Source: an uncultured delta proteobacterium (GTDB lineage: Bacteria; Desulfobacterota; Desulfobacteria; Desulfobacterales; Desulfatirhabdiaceae). Taken from it: a DNA stretch of 64,000 nt. Both the position numbers and the translations under genes were made by a program. The notes under the pieces were generated by a model. The model saw only the letters and a program-made list of their open reading frames with translations. It made no database searches and was not told where the DNA came from. Each line of letters starts with the position of its first letter. The first letter of the stretch is position 1. Location: assembly GCA_963789395.1 (NCBI GenBank), contig CAWBKP010000012.1:288001-352000 (forward strand). The letters are read 5' to 3'. Below are positions 30,722-41,947 of the stretch, piece by piece.

Positions 30722-32796
30722 TCATTTTACCGATTCTGCGATCTTCTCCAGCGGCAACCCCGAACGAATATGCAAATCCCGTTGCGGAAACGGTATTTCG
30801 ATTCCGGCGGTCTTGAAAACATCAAATAGAGCGTAATACAGGTGGCTGCGCACATAATTGGCCGACGCCTTGCGGATATCCATCCATACCAGCAGATTAA
30901 AATTGATGGAATTGTCGCCATACCCGTCAAACCACACGGCGGGTTGTTTCACCTTTTCCACCAGCGGCTCTTTTTCAGCCACCGATACGGACAAGCGCGA
31001 TACTTCATGGGGATCTGCCGCGTACGATACGCCAAACGGAACCCGGATTCGGATAATCGGAGATGACAGGGTATAGTTGATGATGGTGTTGGAAATAAGC
31101 GCAGAGTTGGGTATGAGATATTCAATATTGTCCCGGGTTCTGATGTTGGTCTCCCGCAGATAAATATCCGTCACTTCTCCTACGGTTCCGCTGACCTCCA
31201 GCCAATCCCCCTTTCGGATCTTTCCACCAAAAATAATCACAAAACCGCTGATCAGGCTGGAAGCGATGCTTTGCATGGCCAGCCCGATACCAATACCGAT
31301 GGCGCCGGCAAAAACCATCAGCGACCTGAGGTCAAAGCCGACAATTTGCAAGGAAATCATAGCACCCAGGAACAGCATGAAATATTTCAGGAATGTATCG
31401 ATGGCGTACGCAAGGCCGGGTGCAACCCCGATGGAAGGATAAACCTTATAATCCAGATAGGCGCAAAGAAGCTGCGCCGCATAATAGAATCCGGCCAACA
31501 TCAGCGCTGCCTGCAGCAACACCCAAAGAGAAAGGAATGACCCGCCGACGCTCATGATGGGAAAAGACATGATTTTGCGGATCGGCTCCATCACCCCGAG
31601 CAGATTCAACATGACTAGAATCGCCATAATGATCGTAATATAAAAGGTCAGAACCCTAATCGAGCGGATGAGCCTATGCGTTTTTTCGTCTGAAAGCTCG
31701 ATGCCATCTGACCATTTCTGAACTCTTATCATCAACATATGATAGATTAATGAAAAACCGATATATACGCCGGCAATTGCCCACGTCTTTATCCAGAGCG
31801 TCTTGGTGAAATCTTTATACCCGATACACCATAGAACCCCGGACAAAAAAGTCATCAGGATAACCGGGTAATAATACCGCTCAAGGCCTTTTAAAAATCC
31901 CTGATAACTTAAGTATGGCAGTTGCGGCAGCAGTGACAGGATTATTTTTTTCCGAAGAAAAACCAAAAACAGCACGATGACAATAGACAGGAATACGACA
32001 AATTGAAGCAGCGCCAGAAAATCCTTTGGAAGGTCTCAAGGCTCCGGCACTCCAGAGAACAGCGATCCCGACAAGAATATATAGAATAACCGCCCGAATG
32101 AGCCGAACGGCAACTCCGGCATATTCGGTTCGGATCTCCAGAATACCGCGATCGACGATTCCGCTGACCAGGCTCATCAGCAAGGCACCTATTGACCAGA
32201 GTCCGAGCATCTTTCCTATCAGAATGAACCAGGGCGCGTCATAATCGATCACCCCTTTGACCAGCGAAAATAACACCAGTAGAATCAAGGGGATCAGTGC
32301 CGCGGTAATGGACACCAGAGCCAGATAAAAATAAGGACGGATCTCCTCGGGCAATTTCTCTATCAAGGGTTTGGCCAATGCTTCGGATTTGACCAAGACA
32401 CGTTTTCTTCCGATCAGACTGTATCCGATGGCCACAAAAAACACAAACATGATGGCTGATCCGGCAACACCAAGGATACGGCTCTGCTCAAAAATATGGG
32501 ACAGCCAACTGGGGAAGCCGGGCGGGCAGCATCACCGCCTGCTCGAATGCATAATCAAGAGTGTTCACGTCCCATCCGAGCGGCGTATGCTTAATAAGCG
32601 TATTGGCTTGATGTTTCAGATCTTTTTTTACCTGAGCGGCTTCATTCTTCATGTAAACCGCCATGTCATCCACTATCTCGACCGAAGGCGCCTGTGCATC
32701 CGGAGGTGATTTGGCATTGCCGTTCTCTCCCGTTGCCGGTGCGCAAAAAACCAACAGAAAAATGATACTCAATAATACAATCTGTCGTGCTGTCAT
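30722..32796 (-). CDS. Large MscS-family mechanosensitive channel (frameshifts near 32490 and 32030)
   Basis: GAIGIGIGLAMQSIASSLISG, IRKGDWLEV, IPNS, FGVSY, GIEIPFPQRDLHIR; signal peptide and TM region lie in upstream frames. Confidence 0.85.
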
Positions 32797-33150
32797 GCGT
32801 CTAACCCCACTTAATTATTAAATTCACGCGTTCACGAAATGCTTCGCACTGTGCTGTCTTTCGTAATAAATCCTCGCGTGAAGTTCAAGCATTACTTTGT
32901 TGTCATTCCGCCTTGTAATGAATGCCCTTGCCGGGTTACCGAGCCTGCACCGTTTCCTGTTGCTTGAGATCCCATTGCAAGTCCATCTCCTGGAAGAGGG
33001 TTTCGTGTTGTTGAGGGATTCCGGAACAAATCAGGGTCGGAGGCACATTACTGTCGGAGGGGGTATGATGGGCCCAAGTTATGATCCTGCAATGAATATT
33101 CTTGCCTTAGGGCTGCAACGCTGGTAGGACACACCCAACACATTACAGAA

Positions 33151-34209
33151 ATGAATGAAACGAAAAATGGTTTTTTTTGCCGTTTTTCCCGAATGCGTTT
33201 TACCTCAACGAACCGGTTTAATTTTCATGAAGTCAAATCAGTGACGCCGATAGTTCTCTCTCTTGCCCCCTTGCGGGGCTTTACAAATGCCCTTTACAGG
33301 AATCTCTATTCAATCCATTTCCAAGGGATTGACTCCGCTATTTCCCCATTTATCAACACACTTTCGGTAAAACAGATCACTCGTTCCCATATCAAGGATA
33401 TTTTGCCTGAAAACAACCACGGGATGCCGGTCGTTCCTCAGATCATCGGCAATGATCCGGCGGGATTCATTCTGCTTGCTGCAAAATGCCACGACCTTGG
33501 CTTTGATACCGTGAACTGGAACCTGGGATGCCCGGCTCCCATGGTTGCAAAAAAGCAGCGAGGCTCGGGCATGCTGCCTCACCCGGAGGTGATCAAGGCT
33601 TTTCTGGACGATGTGATACCGCGCATTCCTACCCGGCTGTCAATTAAAACCAGAATCGGCAGCAAAAAAAAAGAGGAAATATTCAACCTTCTCCCCATCT
33701 TCAATCAATACCCCCTCGAAGCGTTAATCATCCATCCCCGAACCGGCGTCCAGATGTATTCCGGAGAAGTGGATCTGGGTACGTTCGAGCAATGCCTGCC
33801 GCTGCTAAAGATGCCGGTCGCCTATAATGGCGACATCGTTGACTACAGCTCCTTTATCAAGCTGAAAGAACGGTTTAAAACCGTTTCGAGCTGGCTTATC
33901 GGAAGAGGGGTTCTTTCCAATCCCTTTCTGCCGGAAATCCTGCGGTCCGGAGAAGAAAACATCCTTCAGCCTGTGGAAAGATTTAAAAAATTCCATGATG
34001 ATCTGTTTGAAGCGTACCGGGCCGAGTTTAGCGGGCAATCCCACTTGATAGACAAAATGAAAGGGTACTGGCTGTATTTTCTCAGGTCTTTTGAAAACGG
34101 AGAAACTGTTTTCAAAAAGATCAAAAAGATCAACACCGTGAAGAAATACGAAGAGATCGTGGGAAAATTCCTGGAAGAGGATGCCATATGGCGACCCGTG
34201 CTCAGATAA
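33151..34209 (+). CDS. tRNA-dihydrouridine synthase family protein
   Basis: LAPLRGFT, NWNLGCP, GSGML, SIKTRIG, IHPRT, NGDI, IGRG; start may be GTG at 33241. Confidence 0.9.
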   Translation: MNETKNGFFCRFSRMRFTSTNRFNFHEVKSVTPIVLSLAPLRGFTNALYRNLYSIHFQGIDSAISPFINTLSVKQITRSHIKDILPENNHGMPVVPQIIGNDPAGFILLAAKCHDLGFDTVNWNLGCPAPMVAKKQRGSGMLPHPEVIKAFLDDVIPRIPTRLSIKTRIGSKKKEEIFNLLPIFNQYPLEALIIHPRTGVQMYSGEVDLGTFEQCLPLLKMPVAYNGDIVDYSSFIKLKERFKTVSSWLIGRGVLSNPFLPEILRSGEENILQPVERFKKFHDDLFEAYRAEFSGQSHLIDKMKGYWLYFLRSFENGETVFKKIKKINTVKKYEEIVGKFLEEDAIWRPVLR

Positions 34210-34250
34210 GACCGGAGCGACGGGTCGGTTTGTCGCATTAAATTTTATGT

Positions 34251-35097
34251 TTATGAGGCTCCGAAATTAACCGTGTAGCTTCCGCCTGTTTTCACTTCCA
34301 GATCACAGGCGACATTCGGATGCAATTCATCCGGACCACTCTTGCATTCAGCCGCATCATAACATTGGGGGGCACAGGACATCCCGATTTCCAGGGCAAT
34401 CAGTCCAACTGGGCGGATTGGAGTTTTGACTGACGCACTGTGTACAGCCCAGGGGGAAAACGCCAATAGGCATCATGATTTCCGGTGGCCTTTTTCACAT
34501 ATGTGGTTTCAGAGCCGGCCGCTGAGACGATCTGCATCGAGTAATTGAAACCGTTCACCAATGAAAGGTCAAAGTGATCATGCGTTTTGTTGTCCTTTGG
34601 GCTGATGTTGATTTCGAACATGGTAGTCGGGCATGGCCCCATCGGTTCGTTATCCACCCCGCCGGAGAGGTTGATGCCCCCCTTATTGAGGGTCAATGTT
34701 TTGGTTGATTTTTTGGGAATCAGCACACTGCATCTGTCCGGCCTGTAAACGTTACAGTCCTGGCCAATAAAGTCCTGATCCGTATAGCTCCCCCCATTTA
34801 CGGTCATGCCGCCCACAAAACGATATAAACCGTCACATCCTTGTCTGCGCCGTTGTTCAGAGTAAGGGTTCTCGCTTCATCCGCTATAAGGGGATTCGTC
34901 CCTGCCAGTACTTCTTCTCCGTCGCTGCGGCCATCCCCGTCGGTATCCGCAATGAATGGATTGGTGCCGTAAATATGTATTTCATCGCTATCGCTTAAAC
35001 CATCGTTGTCTGAGTCCGTCGGGTCTCCATCGCCACATCCATTTACTGAAATGAGAATCAATAGTCCAAAGAAAATACCGTAGCAGATGCGTTTCAT
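34251..35097 (-). CDS. Lipoprotein with DxDxDG Ca-binding repeats and a thaumatin-like C-terminal domain (three single-base indels)
   Basis: SD GAGGAG, lipobox VNGC, DSDNDGLSD/DTDGDGRSD, then TTMFEI, DHFDLSLVNGFNYSMQI, GVFPLGCTQC, GGSYTVNFG across three ORFs. Confidence 0.65.
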
Positions 35098-35334
35098 GTA
35101 AAATCTCCTCACGAAATATTTCAAAACATCTTTATCCGGATCGGGTATCGAAGTCAGGCTAATCTATTTTCATGAAATCTTGTCAATTGCATTCAGAAAC
35201 AGAGATTTTAAACGACAATGGAATGTTTCGCAAACTTGACTTTCATAAGGATTGCATATAATTTGAAAGCCATCTTAGTGCATTGGGATTACCCTTCTGG
35301 CACAGAATAAAATCGGGACACTGTTCATCGTTTT

Positions 35335-35370
35335 AAATCCCCCTTGATCCCCCTTTTCAAAGGGGGAAAC
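35335..35370 (+). repeat. C/G-tract hairpin repeat, third copy
   Basis: AAATCCCCCTTGATCCCCCTTTTCAAAGGGGG matches the reverse complement of 10409-10444. Confidence 0.7.
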
Positions 35371-35400
35371 ACATGATGAAACAGGCTCATACATCAGGGA

Positions 35401-36582
35401 ATGATCATGATGATATTGATAAAAAATGCAGAGGTCTTTGCACCCGGCGCCATGGGCCGATGTGACATCTTGACGGGCGGCGGGAAGATTCTGGCGATTG
35501 AAAAAAGCATTCAGGCCGGCGTGCTGCCGGGTGAAGTGGAAATCATCGATGCCGACGGGCTTGCGGCGGTTCCGGGCTTTGTTGACGGGCATCAGCATTT
35601 CACCGGCGGCGGGGGCGAGGGAGGCTTTCACACCCGCACGCCGGAAATGCAGCTCAGCATGAATACGGCAAACGGCGTGACAACGGCGGTGGGGCTGCTG
35701 GGAACCGATTCTCTCACCCGCACGGTGGAAAACCTGTATGCCAAAACCCAGAGCTTTAACACCGAGGGCATCACCGCCTTCATGCTGACCGGCGCGTACT
35801 GGTATCCGTCGCCGACCATCACCGGAAGCGCGGCGCGCGACCTGGTCTATATTCAGCCGGTCATCGGCGTCAAGCTGGCTCTTTCCGATATTCGCGGCCC
35901 CCACATTGAAGAACGGGATCTGGCGACGCTGGCCTCCGAGGTCCGGGTGGCGGCCCTGGTCGCCAATAAACCGGGCATCATCACGGTCCACACCGGCATC
36001 AAACTCGTTGGCCTGGATCTGATTCTTGAAATCGTTCAAAAACACGGCATGCGTGCGGACATGTTCGTTCCAACACACATCAACCGCAAAAACCCGATAC
36101 TGACGGATCAGGCACTGGCTCTGGCCAGGCAGGGCGCAACAATCGATGCCACATGCTGGAGCAGCCTGCCTGCCGAGGATTCCGCTTACCTGTCCGCCGC
36201 CGACTTTGCCGTTATGGCCGATGACCAGGGCCTGTTTGACCAGGTCTCCTTCAGTTCCGATGCCGGCGGCTCGCTTCCGGTCTGGAACAAGGATAAAAGC
36301 CGGATTGTGTCCATGGGAATCGGCGCCCCGGATTCCCTCCTGTTCGAACTCTCCCGTCTGGTCCATCAAAAGGGCATGGGTCTTGAAAAGGCGCTTTGCC
36401 CCCTGACCACGACGCCCGCCCGGATTTACGGCCTGAAGGGCGTCAAGGGCGAGCTAAAACCAGGCGCCGATGCCGATATTATCTTGCTTGATCCGGACAA
36501 GATGATCATTGAAGATGTCATGGCAAAAGGCGTGATCATGGTCCGGAACCGCATCATCGAAAGAAAAGGGTATTTTGAATAA
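35401..36582 (+). CDS. iadA: Isoaspartyl dipeptidase (beta-aspartyl peptidase, amidohydrolase fold)
   Basis: PGFVDGHQHFTGGGGEGGFHTRTPE, GLLGTD, GVKLALSD, PTHINR, SSDAGGSLP. Confidence 0.92.
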   Translation: MIMMILIKNAEVFAPGAMGRCDILTGGGKILAIEKSIQAGVLPGEVEIIDADGLAAVPGFVDGHQHFTGGGGEGGFHTRTPEMQLSMNTANGVTTAVGLLGTDSLTRTVENLYAKTQSFNTEGITAFMLTGAYWYPSPTITGSAARDLVYIQPVIGVKLALSDIRGPHIEERDLATLASEVRVAALVANKPGIITVHTGIKLVGLDLILEIVQKHGMRADMFVPTHINRKNPILTDQALALARQGATIDATCWSSLPAEDSAYLSAADFAVMADDQGLFDQVSFSSDAGGSLPVWNKDKSRIVSMGIGAPDSLLFELSRLVHQKGMGLEKALCPLTTTPARIYGLKGVKGELKPGADADIILLDPDKMIIEDVMAKGVIMVRNRIIERKGYFE

Positions 36583-38459
36583 CCGGCCAGGATCCACTCC
36601 CGAGATGTCGCCGGATGCGATTCTGACCATCCGGGATTTGTCGCTGAGTTTTCCCACATACGGCGGCTTTACCTCCGTGCTGCATAATGTGTCTTTTTCC
36701 GTGAAAAAAGGCGAAACATTGGCAATCGTAGGAGAATCCGGATCCGGCAAGACCGTGACCCTTCGCCGGGTCATGAGTCTATTGAAAAACGTCCGCACGG
36801 ATTCGGGAACCATCACCCTGAAAAAACGGGACGGCACGATCCTGGACATCACCGATATCTCGAATGCCAGAGCCCGGGAAATCCGCGGCGTGGATCTGTC
36901 CATGATTTTCCAGGAGCCCATGACGTCCCTGAATCCGCTCTTTACCATCGGGAATCAGCTTGAGGAGGCCATCCTTACCCATCAAAACATTTCGCGGCAG
37001 GAAGCTGCGGAAAAAGTGCATGCGCTTCTTGAAATCGTGCGGATTCCGGATGCAAAAAAACGCATTCACGAATATCCCCATCAGATGTCCGGCGGCATGC
37101 GCCAGCGCGTCATGATCGCCATGGCCCTTGCCTGCAGGCCCCAGATCCTGATCGCGGACGAACCCACCACGGCGCTGGACGTAACCATTCAGGCCCAGAT
37201 TCTGGCCCTGATCCGGTCTCTTCAGCAGCAGTTTGACATGTCCGTGATCTTTATCACCCATGACATGGGCGTGGTGGCCGAGCTGGCCGATCGCGTGATT
37301 GTCATGTACAAGGGACGGGTCGTAGAAGAAAACGACGTTTTCACCCTTTTCTCCAAACCGACCCACCCTTACACCCGGGCGCTGTTAAAGGCGGTTCCCA
37401 AGCTTGGCTGCATGAAGGGCCGGAAAAATCCCGCCACCCTGCCGGTGCTCGACATGGAACGCGAACTGCAAAGAAAGGAAGGCGAGGCGCTTCCCGCGGA
37501 AAAAGAAATCGACACCGCGGATTATCACAAACAGCCGATTCTCGAGGTCCGGAACCTGACCACCCATTTTGTGTCGAAAAAGACGTTCTGGGGCAAGCCC
37601 ACCCATCTGGTGTACGCCGTGGAGAATGTCAGCTTTCAATTATATCCCGGTGAAACCCTTGGCATCGTGGGCGAATCCGGATGCGGCAAGACAACGGCCG
37701 GGTATTCCCTGTTAAAGCTCGTGCCCGCCACGGGAGAGGTGCTTTTCGAGGGCCAGAATGTCATGACCCTCACCGACAGCCAGATGCAGAAACTGCGGCA
37801 GAACATCCAGTTCGTCTTTCAGGACCCGTTTGCCTCGCTCAATCCCCGTCTGACCATCGGCGCATCCATCGCAGAACCCCTGATCATCCATGAGACGATG
37901 GACAGCAAAGAGCGGGACAAAAAAGTCGCCGATCTTGCTGGAGCGCGTAGGCATCCCTGCCGGCAACGCCACCCGCTATCCCCACGAATTCTCGGGCGGC
38001 CAGAGACAGCGCATCGCCATTGCCAGGGCCCTTGCCACCAGCCCCCGGCTGATCGTTGCCGATGAGGCGGTTTCCTCCCTGGATGTCTCCATTCAGGCCA
38101 CGGTGCTCAACCTGATGATGGAACTGCAAAAGGAGCTGGGACTATCCTACATCTTCATCTCCCACGACATGGCCGTGGTGGAGCGGGTAAGCCATCGCGT
38201 GGCGGTCATGTATCTGGGGCAGATCGTTGAGATGGGAAGCCGCAGCGACATTTTCGAGAACCCGCAGCACGATTACACCAAAAAACTGCTTTCAGCCATA
38301 CCCGTTGCCGATCCCGGCCTGCGAGCCAATTTCAACATGCTGACAGGTGAGATTCCCAGCCCGGTCCGGAGAGTCGGCGATCCCCCTGCCCGCCTGATCT
38401 ACCGGGAAGTCTCGGCAGGCCATATCGTGGCACAATTGCCCAGAGAAAGCTTGACATGA
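36575..38459 (+). CDS. Fused double ABC ATPase, GsiA/DppDF-like (frameshift near 37936)
   Basis: Two GESGxGKT motifs, [12 protein letters not shown] and [22 protein letters not shown] and [10 protein letters not shown]. Confidence 0.9.
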
Positions 38460-38810
38460 GCTTTGCAAGTAATCCCAAAACAGTTTTTCTTCCTTATTGC
38501 AAGATGAACAGCAATACCAACTTCTTTATAAGAATACGCTTGTGACACATTTCCCATAATATAGAAATATCAACATGCGGAATTCAGATGCATTAAAAAT
38601 AACATAATCGTGCTGAAAGTTGATGAATTACGAAATTATACAGAAAATATGATAACAACTTGTCGGGCCGCCATCGCGGCGTCCCATCACTCCGTATTGA
38701 GGAGACGCAGATAGCACGCGCGTTCCTCATAAAGGGCGTTATACACCACACATTGTGCGGAGGGACAGGTTCCTATTTTGAAAGACCCCTTAGTCATCGG
38801 CGGCCATAGA

Positions 38811-38918
38811 ATGATGTATGATATCTTATCGAGCGTTTGGCAACCTGCGAACATTGCAACTTCTGATATTGGAATGCAAAGGGTGGCACGGGAGATTGGA
38901 ATTACAATTTTGGAGTAG
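38811..38918 (+). pseudogene. C-terminal remnant of a PIN/VapC-like toxin
   Basis: ...IATSDIGMQRVAREIGITILE* resembles the PIN C-terminus (LxTxD...A..LG) and ends 5 bp before the antitoxin. Confidence 0.5.
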
Positions 38919-38923
38919 ATATC

Positions 38924-39163
38924 ATGAAAGTGTATACATATTCTGAAGCGAGACAACGTCTTGCTGATGTGCTGAATATTGCAAGAAGTGAAGAAGTTGT
39001 TATTAAAAGGAGAGGTGGCGAAACCTTTTCAGTAATTTTCAGGAAATGCAAAAAATCACCATTTGACGTTCCAGGAATCCAAACGAAAGCAACTACAAAA
39101 GATATTCTTTCGGCGGTTAGAGAGTCCAGGGAACGATATGCCGAACTAAACATTGAAGATTAA
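38924..39163 (+). CDS. Phd/YefM-family antitoxin
   Basis: MKVYTYSEARQRLADVLNIARSEEVVIKRRG N-terminus; GGAG SD. Confidence 0.85.
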   Translation: MKVYTYSEARQRLADVLNIARSEEVVIKRRGGETFSVIFRKCKKSPFDVPGIQTKATTKDILSAVRESRERYAELNIED

Positions 39164-39296
39164 CGGTAGGTATAGGCAGCATTGGTGACTGTGCTTTTTA
39201 TAGGCGTGTGTTTCTTTCTAAAATACGGAACGAAGGAATATCTGTTTACATCAGTGACATTGGTATCAACAATCAAAATTAGAAAAGGAGAAAAAA

Positions 39297-40820
39297 ATGA
39301 CCGTTAAAAAATTGACCCTGATTCTGCTGGTTTTCTGCTGTTGTCCAGCCCCGCTTTTGCCGCATCCAAGGATATCATTTATGGATCCGATTCCACGACA
39401 AAGTCCCTGGACCCCCATGACACGTCGGATACCTATTCCGGCGCGATTGAAAAAACCATGCTGCAGGGCCTGATGGGTTTTGACAAGGACTTGAAAGTGA
39501 TTCCCCTTCTGGCTGAAAGCTATACCTTTAACGACGCCGCCACGGAGTTTACCTTCAAACTCCGCAAAGGCATCAAATTTCATGACGGCACGCCGTTTAA
39601 CGCCGAGGCCGTCCGGGTGAACATCGAACGGCTGATGAGCGGAAAATACAAACGCAGCAGCCTGATGAAACCCGTCAAGGAACTGGTCGTCATTGACGAT
39701 AGCCACCGTCAAATTCGTTTTAAAAGAGCCCTTCGGCGCCTTTATCAATGCCGTTGCCCATCCGGGCTCCCTGCTCATGAGCCCGGCCGCCATTCAGAAA
39801 TACGGGGATGATGTGAGCAAGAATCCCGTGGGAACCGGTCCCTTTATCTTTGTCGAGTGGGTTTCGGGAGACCATGTCAAGATCAGGAAGAATCCGGAAT
39901 ACTGGAAGAAAAAAATCAAGGTGGACACCATTACCTTCCGGCCCGTTCCGGAAAGCGGATCCAGGCTTGCCATGCTGCGCGCGGGCCAGGCCCAGTATAT
40001 CTATCCCATGCCGCCCGAACTGCTCAAGGTTGTTGAAAACGACAAGAACATCGACATCATCAAGCAGCCTTCCATCGTCGAACGGTATATGATTTTAAAC
40101 ACCCTGTACAAACCCCTTTCCGATCAGCGGGTGCGTCAGGCCATCAATTACGCATTGGATAAACAGGCCATTATCCGCATTGCCTTCGGCGGCGCCGCTA
40201 CCGAAGCGGATTCCATCATTCCCGCCGATCTTCAGTATTATAAAAAACAGTCTGTCTGGCCTTATGATCTGGCAAAAGCAAAGGCCCTGATGAAGGAAGC
40301 CGGTTATGAAAACGGGTTTAAGGTCGTTTTTCTGACCCCCAACGCATCCAACCGGCTGCGCGCAACGGAAATGGTTCAGCAGCAGCTTAAAGAGATCAAC
40401 ATCACCGGAGAACTCCAGTCCATGGACATTGCCAGTTATTTCGCCAAGCTGGAAAGCCACAAGGCGGATGATCCCAATCTGCCCCCGTTTATCGGCTTTG
40501 GCGGATGGTCTGCTTCCACGGGTGATGCGGACTGGGGAATCCGGCCCCTGCTGGCGACAGCATCATTTCCTCCCGGCTCCAACTTCGGTTTTTTTTCAGA
40601 CAAACAATTGGATGACCTGATTCAAGCCGGCCTGGCTTCCGCGGATCCCAAGATTCGCCGGGAGGCCTATGCCAAAGCTCAGGACATGGTCTGGGAAAAG
40701 GCGCCCTGGGGATATCTTTTTGTGGAAACGCTGGTGGCCGCCAAGAACAAAAACCTCAAAGGCATCTATCCCATGGCTGACGCCAGCTTTTCTGTTGAAG
40801 ACGCAGAAATGACGGATTAA
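39297..40820 (+). CDS. Family 5 ABC substrate-binding protein, GsiB-like (frameshifts near 39340 and 39705)
   Basis: SLDPHD, PLLAESY, LRKGIKFHDGTPFNAEAV, PVGTGPF, VRQAINYA, GWSASTGDADWG; SD AAGGAG. Confidence 0.88.
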
Positions 40821-40838
40821 TCGCAGGCATTTATCGTC

Positions 40839-41762
40839 ATGCTGAAATATTTTTTCAAGCGGCTTCTTGCCATCATACCGGTGCTGGTGGTGGTCTCCAT
40901 TCTGGCGTGCGGATTTGTGCGGCTGCTGCCCGGAGACCCCGCCCGCATGATGGCGGGCCAGGATGCGGACGCCGAAACCATCGAAAGGCTCCGCAGAGAT
41001 CTGGGGCTGGATCGCCCCCTGCCGTCACAGTACGTCACCTATATGGGCAAGGTGTTCAGGGGTGATCTTGGCGTAAGCCTGAAATCCAAACTGCCGGTGT
41101 TTGACGAAATCGCCCTGCGGTATCCGCCCACCATGATCCTGGCCGTTGCCGGAATGGCCTGGTCGGTGGTGTTCGGTGTTTTTTTCGGGGCGATCGCCGC
41201 CATTTACAGCGGCAAATGGCAGGACTACACCGCCATGCTCGTCTCGGTTTCCGGCATCTCCATCCCCCAGTTCTGGCTGGGGCTGTTGTTGATCCAGTTT
41301 TTTTCCGTGTATCTGGGCTGGCTTCCGGTTACCGGATACACCGGAAAAATATCGGAGCTGATCCTGCCGTCCATCACACTGGGTGCGACCGTTGCCGCCA
41401 TCATGGCCCGGTTTACGCTCTCGGCGTTTCTGGACGTACTGGATGAGGAATATATCAGCACGGCCCGGGCCAAGGGGGTGAGCGAGCATCTGGTGATGTG
41501 GAAACATGCCTTTCGAAACGCCCTGATCCCGGTGGTCACCATGATCGGCCTTCAGTTCGGGTTTCTTCTGGGCGGCTCCGTTGTGGTGGAGATGGTCTTT
41601 GCGTGGCCGGGCATGGGCCGGTTCATGATCGAAGCGGTTGCCGTGCGGGATTACCCCGTGCTGCAGGCCCTGCTGCTGCTCTATTCCTTTCATTTTGTGT
41701 TTATCAGTCTTCTGGTGGATATGCTGTACGCGCTGATCAATCCGGAAATCAGGTACGAATGA
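40839..41762 (+). CDS. Peptide ABC permease (GsiC/DppB-like)
   Basis: LLPGDPARMMAG, LGLDRPL, GDLGVS, TARAKG, HAFRNAL, RDYPV, NPEIRY. Confidence 0.93.
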   Translation: MLKYFFKRLLAIIPVLVVVSILACGFVRLLPGDPARMMAGQDADAETIERLRRDLGLDRPLPSQYVTYMGKVFRGDLGVSLKSKLPVFDEIALRYPPTMILAVAGMAWSVVFGVFFGAIAAIYSGKWQDYTAMLVSVSGISIPQFWLGLLLIQFFSVYLGWLPVTGYTGKISELILPSITLGATVAAIMARFTLSAFLDVLDEEYISTARAKGVSEHLVMWKHAFRNALIPVVTMIGLQFGFLLGGSVVVEMVFAWPGMGRFMIEAVAVRDYPVLQALLLLYSFHFVFISLLVDMLYALINPEIRYE

Positions 41763-41763
41763 A

Positions 41764-41922
41764 TAAATTCGAAATCCGAACACGAAATCCGAAACAATGA
41801 CCAAAAACTTAATGTTCAAAACGGTGCAGTTACAAACTGCCCGTTTTCGTCATTTTGATATTGGAATTTTGAATTTGTTTCGAATTGCGGCTTTCGATAT
41901 TCGATTTTAGTATTCGAATTTA
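41764..41922. repeat. Long imperfect palindrome built of heptamer-like units
   Basis: TAAATTCGAA/TTCGAATTTA outer arms, CGAAACAA/TTGTTTCG, and central AAAACGG-TGCAGT...ACTGC-CCGTTTT; repeated CGAAATC/TTCGATA units. Confidence 0.7.
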
Positions 41923-41947
41923 GTGCCTAAAGTCTGACAAGGTATTT

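Noticed and set aside
35236..35262. TTGACT...TATAAT promoter for iadA
   Set aside because: Spacer is only 15 bp; plausible but not supportable.
35275..36369. 364-aa ORF antisense to iadA (likewise 41963-43000 and 62499-63464)
   Set aside because: Mirror frames of well-supported genes.
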